A stretch of 64,000 bases of DNA from Lama guanicoe (taxonomy: Eukaryota). The stretch's first letter is position 1. The number at the start of each line of letters is the position of its first letter. The DNA lies in assembly GCA_013239625.1 (NCBI GenBank), contig MU056000.1, forward strand, positions 8,161,214-8,225,213, in the 5' to 3' direction. Made by a program: the position numbers and the translations under genes. Positions 14,238 through 25,780 of this stretch are shown piece by piece. The notes under the pieces are model-generated. The model had not been told where the DNA came from, did no database searches, and was given only the letters and a program-made list of their open reading frames with translations.

Positions 14238-14715
14238 TTTTTAAAACTGAAGTATAGTTGATTTACAATGTTGTGTTAGTTTCTGGTGTACAGCATAATG
14301 ATTCAGTTTTATATATATATACATATATATATGTATATATATATATGCTCTTTCCATATTCTTTTTCAATATGTTTTATTACAAGATATTGAATATAGTT
14401 CCCTGTGATATACAGTAAGACCTTGTTGTTTATCTATTTTAGATACAGTAGTTTGTATTTGCAAATCCCAGGTTTGTAACTTATCCCTCTCCCCTTCCCC
14501 CTTTGGTTACCATAAGTTTGTTTTCTATGTCTGTGAGTCTGTTTCTGGTTTATAAATAAATTCACTTGTATCATTGTTTTTAGATTCAACATATAAGAGA
14601 TATCATATGATATTTGTCTCTGTCTGACTGTACTCAGTATGATCACCTCTAGGTCCATCCATGTTCCTGCACATGGCATTATTTCACTCTTTTTATGGCT
14701 AAGTAGTATTCCTCT

Positions 14716-14760
<45 letters not shown>

Positions 14761-14810
14761 ACAACTTCTTTATCCAATCATCTGTTGAAGGACATTTAGG
14801 TTGCTTCCAT
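14238..14810 (-). mobile_element. Cetartiodactyl/camelid-type L1 3' end, 5' truncated
   Basis: tgaagtatagttgatttacaatgttgtgttagtttctggtgtacagca..ttctatgtctgtgagtctgtttc..; possible TSD gaaacattcc at 14221-14230 and 14820-14829. Confidence 0.95.
14718..14758. repeat. (GT)~20 microsatellite inside L1
   Basis: Perfect GT run. Confidence 0.98.
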
Positions 14811-17683
14811 GGACACTGGGAAACATTCCCCTTTCCATGTAAGGGTCTCATTTTGACACAGAAAATTGGCAGATTCACATTTAAGAATATTTGACTAAGG
14901 AGAGAATTGGCCCTTAGTCATGTTTTTTTCTGCCTTGACTAGACTCATTTGAATGCCAAGAAGAATGAGAAGTGTGTTGAAAGACTTACGTGGAGCCAGT
15001 CCCACAGCTTTACAGGTAGATCTTTTATGTCTCACTGTTGCAGTAGCAGGTCATGACTTAACACCACAATTACTCTGGCAACCAACTCTCCCCTCTAAAG
15101 GAACTGCTTTTTGAAAAGCAAGTTATTTTTGTTTTTTTAACAACTATATGAGGGCAATCTTAGACAGAGTAAATGCATACCTATTAGGGAGGAAGACTTA
15201 ACCCACCAACAAACGTTTATGAGTTGATACACATTTCCTATCTTGTCACTATCACAAAACCACTGCCTCCAAGTTTCTCCTTCTACTGTAGTTACAATGG
15301 TCTATGAAGAATTTCTTATTATTGGGTAATGATTTTCACTTTTCCTTATAAGAGCTGGGTAGAGGCTAAGAAAACACTAGCATAAATGGTGAACCTCTGG
15401 CCATTAATTCTTTGTATTCTTGTGCTGTCTGGGTTTCAGGGATTTCTGATGAAGCAAATAAATTTGCCTGATGTCAAATAGTGAGGCGTTACCTTAAATC
15501 ATCCGACCTTGGGTGAAAGAGTTTTATCTCAAATTAACTCAAAGAGCCAACATGACTTTGGTAAAAATTAACCTGCCTGTTGTCAACAAGTCTATTATAA
15601 TGATTCTTAATTACCCACTGACATTAGATTTCACACTGGACTTTCTCTCTCATATGTATGGATGGTGAGATAGAGGAATGTGTGTGCACATGGGTTTTTT
15701 TTTCTTTTGTTTTGTTTTTCTTCTATTACACAGAAGATCGCATTTTCTCTTAAATTCCTCCCCCACCATTTTATCAATTTGTATCCATCGTCTCGTGAGC
15801 CCACTGCCTTTGCTGTGCTTGGCTGCCCTCTGAACTTACGTCTATTTTACCAAAGCAGTCTTTATAACATAGCTGATTGAATGTAAAATCCTGCATTTTA
15901 CCCACGGCTCTGCAATTGCCCACATCCCTTGCACTGTCATAAACTGCTTCCATATCCTGCGTGAACCTGGGAAACCTGGCAGTGTGGCTCTTAGAAGCTG
16001 GAAATTGCTGGAGTGGTGACTTTTCAGCCTTTTAAGCACAGCATCTTTAGAGTACTTTGTCAAAACACATCATACCAGCCACATGTGTTCATTTATCTGA
16101 ACCAGAGAAAACAGCTTCTCTTCTAAGATTGTCTTAAATCAGGCATATTGCTGCTGCTTGACTATTTCCCAGAGGTACATCACTGTTCCCCTTGACAGGC
16201 TGAACTTCTCATTGGCCTATATAATTATGCATTTTATTCCACAGTCCTAAGAAATCTGCACTGGTCCTTGAGTCCTCTGGCTCCCTGAAAACAATGACAG
16301 TCATCTCCACTGCAGTTAAGAACTTGGAACTGTTTATTAACACAGTGGATCTACTAAGCTCAAACCTGAACATCAAGAAACGCAGGTAGGATTAGATCAA
16401 GGTTAGGAGACATTAGATGGAAACTGTATCCTCTCTGATGCCCTTGCTTGAAATCTCGTTGTCAAAACAAGTTTAACAATAACATTAAAAAAAACACTGG
16501 ATGACATTCTATTACACTAAATATGGTCCAACGTAAAGAATAAAATAATGTAAGGACGCCCACCAGTGTAGGGTCATAAAACAAAACTGCCCGCCTGTAT
16601 TTAAAATCTCCATGACATTTTGATGGATTGCCTGCCTTATTCTGGGTTTTAAAAAATACTGCCTTGAAATGCTGTTTGTCTTTATTCACTTGGTTTTTGG
16701 TTCCCCCTTGAGTTCCCTGCCTTTGGGGAGTTCCTCCCCTGCCTTACCCTCACCCTGCTCCATCAGCCAGCATAAAGAAAAAAAGTAATAATAAAATGAA
16801 AGGGACCAAAAGAGGAATTATCTGGGTGCATCATCCATAGCAAGCTTTTGTTATTTTTTATTTTTAAAAGTCATATTTGTGTGGACACGTTTGGGCCATA
16901 AAATGTGCAACTTTTTGCAGTCACCGCCAAGCAGGTTGGAAAGCCACCGGCAGGACGAGGGAGGTCAAACCCTCCTGGGAATCTCCCTGGAATCTCCCAG
17001 AATCTCCGACACCGGCAGCCTGCACAAGCCTCACTGTTTGGGAAGTTTTAAGTCATGCCGTTTCCTTCTGAATTCCTTTGCACGGTCTTTTGACTGAGGG
17101 CCAAAGAACAGCAAACAGCCTGGGGGCTGGAGGGAGTGCCTGACCCCCCGCTATTGCTTCCCTGGGTCCGAGGATCACCTCTTTGTACCAGTTCAAAAAT
17201 CACAGTTCAAAAGCCTAACTCGTTCCCACCACTGAAGCCCCGCCTCATACATGAACTTGATTTTACGCTGGCCTCTCTGGCACTGACCTCAATATTGTAG
17301 GAATCAGAGTTTTGTGGTTTCCCGGGGCCCTTCCTCTGCACCATCCTATACTTCACATCTTTCTGGCAGCTCCTCAGTCTGGAGTTTGTAACCCCAGGAC
17401 ATCATGTTTTTATGGCTAGGAGTCTGGAGAGCAAGGCCCCTTTGCCAAATACTCCCAGGTTACTCCCTACACACCATTGAAATGATAAAGTATCCTGAGC
17501 GCTGACTCTCAACAATACTCAAGATTCAGATAATAGAGATCTTCCTGAATGCATTCATTTATTCATTCTTTAAACAAAGAAATGGTGAATGCCTTTTATG
17601 TGCCTGACCCCTTTCTAGATGCTGTGAATGAAGCGCTGAACAAAAGGACCAAAAATCCCTGCCCTCAACCCACTCCTGCCCTC

Positions 17684-17944
17684 AACCCTCCTACCCTGCT
17701 GGTGGGAATGTAGTTTGCTGCAGCCACTATGGAGAACAGTATGGAGGCTCCTTAAAAAACTCAAAATAGAGTGACCATGGGATCCAGCAATCCCACTCCT
17801 GGGCATTTATCTGGACAAAACTCTAACTCAAAAAGATACATTCACCCCAGTGTTCGTAGCACTATTTAGCAGCCAAGACATGGAAGCAACCTAAATGTCC
17901 ATTGACAAATGACTGGATAAAGAAAGTGTGGTATATGTGCGTGT

Positions 17945-18013
<69 letters not shown>

Positions 18014-18466
18014 GAAATACTAATCAGCAATAAAAAAATGGAATAATGTCATTTGCAGCAACACGGATGGACCTAGAGATTAATTCTCATATTAGGTAAA
18101 GTAAGTCAGACAGAGAAAGAGAAGTATCATATGAGATCACTTATATATGGAATCTAAAAAAATGAAAGAAATGAACTTATTTACAAAACAGAAACGGACT
18201 CACAGACATCGAAAACAAACTTATGGTTACCAGGAGGGAAAGGGGGGAGGGATAAATTAGGAGTCTGGGATTGGCAGATACAGACTACTAAATATAAAGT
18301 ACATAAAGAATAAGGTCCTATGGTATAGCATAAGGAACTATATTCAATACCTTATAATAACCTATAATGAAAAAGAATATATATATATAATGATTGAATC
18401 ACCATGCTGTACGCCAGAAACTAACACAACATTGTAAATCAACTATACCTCAATTAAAAAAAAAAA
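17684..18466 (+). mobile_element. Cetartiodactyl/camelid-type L1 3' end with poly(A)
   Basis: ggtgggaatgtagttt..gatccagcaatcccactcctgggc..ctaacacaacattgtaaatcaactatacctcaatt(A)n; degenerate TSD aaat(cc)ctgccctcaa on both sides. Confidence 0.96.
17936..18009. repeat. Compound (TG)n(TA)n microsatellite inside L1
   Basis: Directly visible. Confidence 0.97.
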
Positions 18467-19599
18467 GAAATCTGCCCTCAAGGTGCTGACATTAAGGTGG
18501 GGACAGGTTGCCCATAAACAGATACACGAGTAGAACAGATGGTAAGTCAGAGAGAGAGAGAGACGTGCCAGGGAGGAAAACGAAGCAGGGATGGCATAGA
18601 GACCACGCAGGGTCGGTGGATGTCATTTTACGTAGGTTGGTCGTAACAAAAAGTCCCACTGAGAATTCACTGAGAAGGTGACATTTGAACAAAGACTTGA
18701 ATCAGGTGAGGTGGCAAGTGGAGAAATAGTGGGTTGGGGAGAAGTTCTAGCAAATGCTACATCCTTAATGCAAAAGCTTGGCTGGAAGCCTCATTATCAG
18801 CGAGGAGACCAGTGTTGGAACAGAAAGGGGTGAGTGGGTGGGGGCAGGAGTGGGGGTGGTGTGGGAGAGAGGAGTTGTGGGAAGAGGGGGAAAGCAGACG
18901 GTATGTGGGGTCTTTTAGGCCACTGTAAGGACCTAGACTTTTCTCTGAGATGGGAAAGCTTAGAGGGGTATAGGTCGGGGGAAATGGCTTGAATTATGTT
19001 TACAGCCTCCCTCTGGCTGCTACTGAAATGAGTTTGCCTGGGGACAAAGATGGAGATTAGGTGGAGGACAACGGTGGCTGGACAAAAGTGACAGCAGAGG
19101 AGCAGAAAGAGTTGTCTGAATTCTGGATAATTTTTAAAGTTAGTCAGTGGGTCTAATGAGTTGAATACTTGAGCTGGTAGAAGGTGAGAGTCAGAGATAA
19201 CAGCTGAGTTTTCATATCTGAGCAGCTGGAAGTGACGGAACTGCTGTTTGCTGACCTGGAGAAGACGGTGCAGAGAGTGCAGGTTTGGGATGGGTGAGAG
19301 CAGAAGGCCACTTTCCACCACGGTGGGTGTGAGCTGCCCATTATACACCCAAGGGGCCGTGAGAGTTGAGAGCTTGAAGTTCATGCAATTTGTAGTTCAA
19401 GAGAGAATTCTGGGCTGGCAGTAGAGAGTTTGGCAGTTGGCAGAGAACAGATGGCATTTAAAGCTGGAGAGGACCCAACTGGCAGACCTGGTTCATTGTG
19501 CTGTTCGTTGTCTTAAAGGAGAATTGGTGTGCCGTTAGATGGAGCCTGTACCCCCGGATTTTCTGTGCTCGCATCACTCTCTCTGGCCATCAGTCTCTT

Positions 19600-19755
19600 T
19601 TGCTTTATGCCTGTCCCCCTCCACTCATGTATGATGCCTGGGGTCCCCTGTAAGCTCCTCACGAATGAGCAGGGATCTTCTCTTTATGGTTCAGTGATGC
19701 ACATTCTTGGCACGGAGCTGATTCTCAGGAAATGTCTGGCAAACAAGTGAATGAT
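19600..19755 (+). mobile_element. L2 3' terminal fragment
   Basis: tgtaagctcctc..gcagggatctt..ttggcacggag..ctcaggaaatgtc..gtgaatga. Confidence 0.55.
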
Positions 19756-21563
19756 TTCTGGTACAGAATATTGAAAGCACTCAACTAAGTATAAAGGAAA
19801 GTCAATGCCTAGGAGTATATAGGAGGTTTAGAAAGTGAGGTAGGAAACAGACTCAGAGGGAAAAAAATGGACCTTTCACCGGCAGGCAGACCCAGGCGAT
19901 GGAAAAGGGGATTGCTCATACAAGCGAATCAAGAGGGAGCCACTCAGAACAGCGGTTAAAGACGGGCACAGAACTAGAGATCAGAACCAGCCTGGGTCAG
20001 CAGCGTGGCCCTTGTCTGTCGGCACCACACCCTGGCCCTCCCCAGCCTTTTGCCAGCTGCATCTCAGCCACACTCTTGATGTTCTAGGAGCTCAGCGGAG
20101 GGCCCCTCCATGCTCTACAGACGCACCAAGCGGATTCACATCTCTTCGATCACAATTTGCTCCAGGCCCTCGCTACTGTTCAGTCTGTGGACTCTCACGC
20201 AACATTCAGAGCTCTCACCAGGAGTTTTGCTTTTGAGGCAACATCTCCCATCACTACTTGCTATAAACTTCAGAGTTTGTCCCGCGGTGTTGTGCAGAGT
20301 TGACTTCGGGCTGAATCGGGCATCTGCTCACGTGCACAGAGTGCACACGGCACACTGTCGAGGCAGCAGCACAGGCCCATGGAAGGGCCAGGAGGCGTGT
20401 GTAGCAGCTGATGGGGCACCAAATCTAGAGGCAGTGGACAAATAAGAAGGGGACAGTCTTCCGAGGGAATGTGTGACATCAAAGGCGACCAACATTTACT
20501 CAGTAGTCCAGGCAGCATCCATGTCCGTGGAGAGTAGTCCTTGGATCTCAAACACGCTGAGATATGTCACCCCAGACCAGCTCTTTCCCACCTCCATGTT
20601 TGATGCGGCTTTATTTTTGAATTCCATGATCACAAAGCACTCCTTTGATGCTTAATTTAACTTTTCATACCTGACACTGCAAAGTAATGAACTTTGAGTG
20701 AGGATGAATATTTGGTGATAAATACACTCCTCATTTCTAAAAGGCATTTAAGACATTTTCAGCAACGGTTTAACGTTAGCTTCCTGGTTTGGGTTAGGAT
20801 GGTAGAGTTCGCCAGAGTCTACCGATATTTGGTGAATAAATAAAATGTGTTGTACCAGCAAAATTAAGACTCATAACGCATAAGAAAAAGAAGTGAGGAA
20901 AAAGAGAATAGGAAAATTCTGAAATTAAATCTAATTCAGAACATTAAAACTGATGGATACGGAACAGCAGGCCAGACTAGTCACGTGTTGGGGGAGGGTA
21001 TTACCAAAGAGACACGTGAGAGTAGCTCAGAAATCGGGTATTATTGTCGCCTGCACTTTAGGGACCATGAAATGGCCACCTGAAGAGACCAGGTAGACTG
21101 CACCAGGTCAAACTGGGAGTCGGCGGCTGACCTGAAACTGGAGCCAAGATCTGCTTCCGAACCACATGCTCTTAACCATGGCCTTGTAGTTTACCAAGGA
21201 AATTCCACATTCTAGGCACTTTAGTTTTCCAGGATAATTCTACATGTTACATTCTGGTATGTTAACTATTCCAGAGCACAGAGAATGATGGAGTACCTGT
21301 ATGTATTTCTATGGGGCAAGCATGAACTCGGAAAAGTCAGAAAATAAATACTATCCTGTTTATGAAAAGAAAAGCAAAGATTCTAGTTAAAATGGTAGCA
21401 AGCCAAACAGAGCAGTGTTCTAAGTGAGGAGCACAATGTCTACTGGAGGTACGCTCACAGTCGGCCACCCTGACCTTCACCAGGGCACCCAACCCTGCCC
21501 TGGACCGCCTGCCAACACCTTCTAAAAGAAGCACAATAGGAAAGATACCAGCCCCTCTCCGCT

Positions 21564-21601
21564 GGAGGCAAACTCAGTGGTAGAGTGTTTGACTGCAAAA
21601 T
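21564..21601 (+). pseudogene. Retroposed 5' half of tRNA-Cys(GCA)
   Basis: ggaggcaaactcagtggtagagtgtttgactgca resembles tRNA-Cys GGGGGC/TATAGCTCAGTGGTAGAGCATTTGACTGCA; flanked by cctctccgctg (21554-21564) and cctctccactg (21602-21612). Confidence 0.7.
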
Positions 21602-21612
21602 CCTCTCCACTG

Positions 21613-22190
21613 ACATTTGATTTTATCATACAGCTAGAAGGATCAAAAAAACCAACTGAAAAATATCCTGAATTACCACTCCTCCAAAAAGGAAATCAGT
21701 TCAATGGCAGGTTATATACAGAAAACTCAATAGCTTCTTGAGATGTTGGCAAAAGCACAAGGTACAATTCTTTGGGGAAAAAAAAATCACTATAGAATCA
21801 AATTATAAAATGCCCAAAAAGAAATTTAACAGAAAAAGTGAAAGAAATATAAAAATAAAATCATAAAATTTCATTGAAGGAGTGAAAACTAAATGAAACC
21901 CTTTCATGTAATTGGAAAAAAGTCATATTCCTAGGTGGAGATATTTTTAAAGTGTCACTGCTCACCAGAACATATAATATAATATATATATATATATATA
22001 TATATTTATCTTCAGTGCAATCCCCCCAGAATCAATTTGGGTCCTTTCTTTACTTAAAATGTCAAAGTCGATTCATATGAAAGAACACCTATAGAAAACC
22101 AGTAAACTCAGCTTTGAAAAAGATCTATCATTATCAAAATGTATTCTCAAATGGCAATAACTCAAATAGCTTGTTATTTACTAAATAATG
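21613..22190 (+). mobile_element. Old L1M ORF2 fragment
   Basis: A-rich sense ORF2-like text (cagaaaactcaatagcttc, aatttaacagaaaaagtgaaaga, ttcagtgcaatcccc); contains a (TA)n run near 21983-22004. Confidence 0.6.
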
Positions 22191-22689
22191 TCATCTTTTT
22201 TTCAGAAACAAACTACTGTGTTTACTGTCACTTAAAATCTGTCTGCATGGTCATTTCCTTATAACCTTTTCTTCCTTATTGAATAAAATCTAAAAAGCTC
22301 ATTATCTCTAAGAATACTAACCTGCTCAGAATTTCCTAAATTTCAGTTCTCTTGGCTATCTTTGAGCTACTTTTAAACAACATTATCCCTGATGTCATGG
22401 GTCTCACATGTTATTCGTGTTTTTAAGTACCCATAGAAAGAAATATGTAACTGTTAAAATGAAAATGTTCAGCCCTGAGCCGCCTGCAGCCACCCCACAG
22501 GCCACCACTTCACTCCTCCGACTGAGAAAGTGCTACCTAGATGAATGTATTTCTATTTCATGAAGTTAATAAAGAACATGTGAACACAAAGTATAATTTC
22601 ATTACTTATTAAAGTTTTGAAATTGTCATTGATTTGGCCTTTCCCATGTGTGACTTTAGCTTCTTACGCATTTTTATTAAAAGTACGCT

Positions 22690-23510
22690 AACCTGCAATT
22701 TAAAATATTTTGAATTATTATTCAATGAAACTGGCACTTTTTTCTTGTGGTCCATAGTTTTGTGAATTTCAACACATTGATAGATTCTTGTGACTAGCAG
22801 CATACTCAGCATATAGAACGGTCCTGTTGCCCTAGAAACTTCCCTCGTGTAATCAATCCCTTTATACACTCCTTCCTCCACCTATAGATAATCACTGATA
22901 TGTCTTCCATCTTTATGACTTTGTCTTTGGAGAATGTCATGACTTTTCTCACTTAGCAAATGTCTTTGGATTCATTAAAGTTGTTGCAGGTGTCAATCGT
23001 TTGCTCTTTTATACTGCTGAGTGGTATTCTGTTTGTGGATGTACCATACTTAGTTTCAGCATTCATCTGTTGAAAGAGATTTAGGTTGTTTCGAGCTTTG
23101 AGTATTACAAATAAAGTTAATATGAACACTCATATACAGTCTTGGTACAAACATAAGTTTTCATTTCTCTAGGGTAAGTACCTAGATATTTGATCCTGGG
23201 TTATATGGTGACTGTATATTTAACCTTCTAAGAAAATACCAGTTTTCCAGCATCTATAGCATTTTGCATTCCTTCCAGCAATGTGTAAGAGTTTCAGTTC
23301 CTCTGTGTTCCTGATATGTCAAGTTGGGTTTTTTTTTTTTTGATGTGTTTGTTATTAAATTTTAGCCATTCTAATCAGTGTGCAGGAATATCTCATTGTG
23401 GTTCACATCTGCATTCTCCCAGTGGTTAATGATGGAAAATATCCTCCCCAGTGCTCACTTGCTCTCCTTATAACTTCCTGATGAAGTATCTGTTCATGTC
23501 CTCTGCTTAC
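22690..23510 (-). mobile_element. L1MB/MC-type 3' fragment
   Basis: tgctgagtggtattctgtttgtggatgtaccata..gcattttgcattccttccagcaatg..ttttagccattctaatcagtgtg. Confidence 0.85.
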
Positions 23511-24793
23511 TCTTCATTTTAAGCTACAGAGATAATTCTTCTTCGTCATTTTTCTAGATAAAATCTATAGGTTATTAAAAATATGGCTAGATTAGGCAAT
23601 CCTTTTAAATTTCATATGCTGTCAACTCACTTTCCTTTTATAAGTTCCATACAATGTGCTCTCAAAATCACTGAATGGAAATAAACATGTGAAAAGAGGA
23701 GCTTTTCAACACACAGTTTTACTTCCTTCGAGTGAAATGAGAACAGAATGAGCTGGGAGATGCGTTCTGGATAATGTAACCAAATATGCAAAGAAGAGCA
23801 AAGTTAATGGAGTAATAATGCAGCGAGTGGCACACAGCTGCCTGTGTAAGTTTTACATTCGCATAAATGTATTCTCTGCGCGCGCTCATTGAGGTCTTCT
23901 AACACACGTTCAATTGTTATTCACCTTATTTATGGGTTTTTGTTTTTTAAACTAGATTTGCTGTTAGGAAAGCATTTTTCTCATCTGCAGGCATAGCTGT
24001 GTCTGAAACGACAACTTAGCGAACGCATACGAGGCAGTCTCTACAAAGTTTGCTCTAGGTTTACTGTGTTGATCCCAATGCATCCTGGCTCCACTGCCCT
24101 GTGATGGCTCAGATTCACAGTCTAGAAAGCGCTTCCCAGACAGCCCAGTATCAACCCCAGTCCCACACTAAAGGTGCACAAATTTCCTGATGTGAATTCA
24201 TGCTGGTGGTGGAAGAGGCAAACCTCAAAGCAGCGCCTAACCCTCTACCTAGAGTCTCGCTTTCTACATTCATCGTGTTCACATTTGACTTTTTTGCTCC
24301 CCAGAGCCTGCAACAGCATATTTTAAAACTCCAGTCTCTGAGATTTTCAAAATTTGCACGTGAAAAAATGAATGATGCGCACATTTTTGAAGCCGGATGT
24401 TAAAAGTCAAAGAACGAGAAAATGGTTCACAATTGTGTTTTACCTGTTAAAAATGGTAAGACCTTTCCAGAAGTATGCAGAGTTTTATTCCTTATGTTCT
24501 ATTTATAAGACATAATCATTAAAACAAAATACAGACCAAGTTGCCATAGCTCTCAGTTCTTATTTATAGCTTTTGAAATTCAATGCATATTTATCACACG
24601 CATACTCTTGGGCAAAAAGGGCCAAAAGATTTAAAAGATCCACAAAATGCCAGACAAATTGAATGAGGACTGTTTAAATATCCCAAGCCTTTTCATTTAA
24701 AACTTTATATTCCATTTATATTTTACATTCCAGTTTTTATGCCTGACAACAAATGTTGGCTTTAAGAAACAAAATAGAACATATATGTGTCTA

Positions 24794-24794
<1 letters not shown>

Positions 24795-24828
<34 letters not shown>
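24795..24828. repeat. (AC)17 microsatellite
   Basis: Directly visible. Confidence 0.97.
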
Positions 24829-24831
<3 letters not shown>

Positions 24832-25299
24832 ATGTTTTAATTTTGTTTTTTTCATTGCTTAGATAATCTGCAACCTCACACTCTTCAATGTTAATAAATA
24901 TATCAGGATGCACGATCGCAGTTCATCACAGGTCTTGAGTAACTCAGAGTAAACTCCCTCCTTGAAACGAAATACTCTGAAGAACACACTTCAATATCAA
25001 AACACGAGAGGTATGGCTTATGATGGAAACTGTAACCATTATTAGGAAATCAAAAAGGAAGATGAATGTGATTATTAATTTCCAAATTTTTGAAAAGGTA
25101 GAAAGAGTGAATTTTTAAAAGGCCTGCAGCTTTTTAAATCCTACGCTACTACACAATTATGACGATGATTACTGCCTAGGATCCACCCGTCCTGATGGTA
25201 CACAGCTTCCCTGGTGATGCAGGGCCCTCTCCAGGCCCTTGGGGAGGCCTCCATTTTCACCTTAATGACAGGATTTGGAATGTGTAATGGGACAAACCA

Positions 25300-25475
25300 T
25301 TTATTATGACATTGCAAACAGTTAAATAGCACTGACTGGGTGGACCCCAGCCACTGTTCAAAGGGCTTTCCACATAACATCTCAATCACCTTCTCAACCA
25401 CACTTGGAGATTTGGACATTATTAATACCATCTCCAATATATGCAGGAGCAAACTAAGGCACTGAAAAGTTAAGT
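25300..25475 (-). mobile_element. MIR fragment
   Basis: ccactgttcaaagggctttc..attattaataccatctccaatatatgcaggagcaaactaaggcactgaaaagttaag. Confidence 0.7.
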
Positions 25476-25488
25476 TTTTTTCAAAGTG

Positions 25489-25627
25489 GGGGAGGGTATA
25501 GCTCAGAGGTAGAGTGTGGATGCCCGAGGTCCTGGGTTCCATCCCCAGTACCTCCGTTAAAAAACAAACAAACAAACAATTCATAAATAAACCTAAATCA
25601 CTCCCCTCAGTCCCTTAAAAAAAAAAA
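25489..25627 (+). mobile_element. tRNA-Ala-derived camelid SINE (Vic-1-type)
   Basis: ggggagggtatagctcagaggtagag..gaggtcctgggttccatccccagtacctcc + A-rich linker + taaacctaa..cccc + poly(A). Confidence 0.92.
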
Positions 25628-25664
25628 GCTTTGGGAGAGAGAAAAAAAGATCTAGGCTCTTGTA

Positions 25665-25780
25665 GGGGAAGCTATAGTTCAGTGGTAGAGCGTATGCTTA
25701 GCATGCACGAGGTCCTGGGGATTGAACCCAACTACATAAAAAAATAAATAAACTTAATTAACCCACCTCCCCCCAAAAAA
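25665..25780 (+). mobile_element. tRNA-Ala-derived camelid SINE with inverted T-arm
   Basis: ggggaagctatagttcagtggtagagcgtatgcttagcatgcacgaggtcc, then the reverse-complemented B-box segment, then the A-rich tail. Confidence 0.9.

Larger units (their letters stand above)
17545..19465 (-). mobile_element. L2 LINE 3' portion, interrupted by a younger L1
   Basis: cattcatttattcattc..gaacaaaaggaccaaaaatccctgccctcaa, resuming after the L1 at ggtgctgacatt..gtgacatttgaacaaagacttgaa..ctgaattctggataattttt. Confidence 0.88.

Noticed and set aside
18797..19384. 195-aa ORF
   Set aside because: Lies entirely within a decayed L2 element.
25665..25740. Apparent tRNA-Ala(AGC) gene
   Set aside because: It is a SINE head with an A-rich tail; the B-box is inverted and the acceptor stem is broken.
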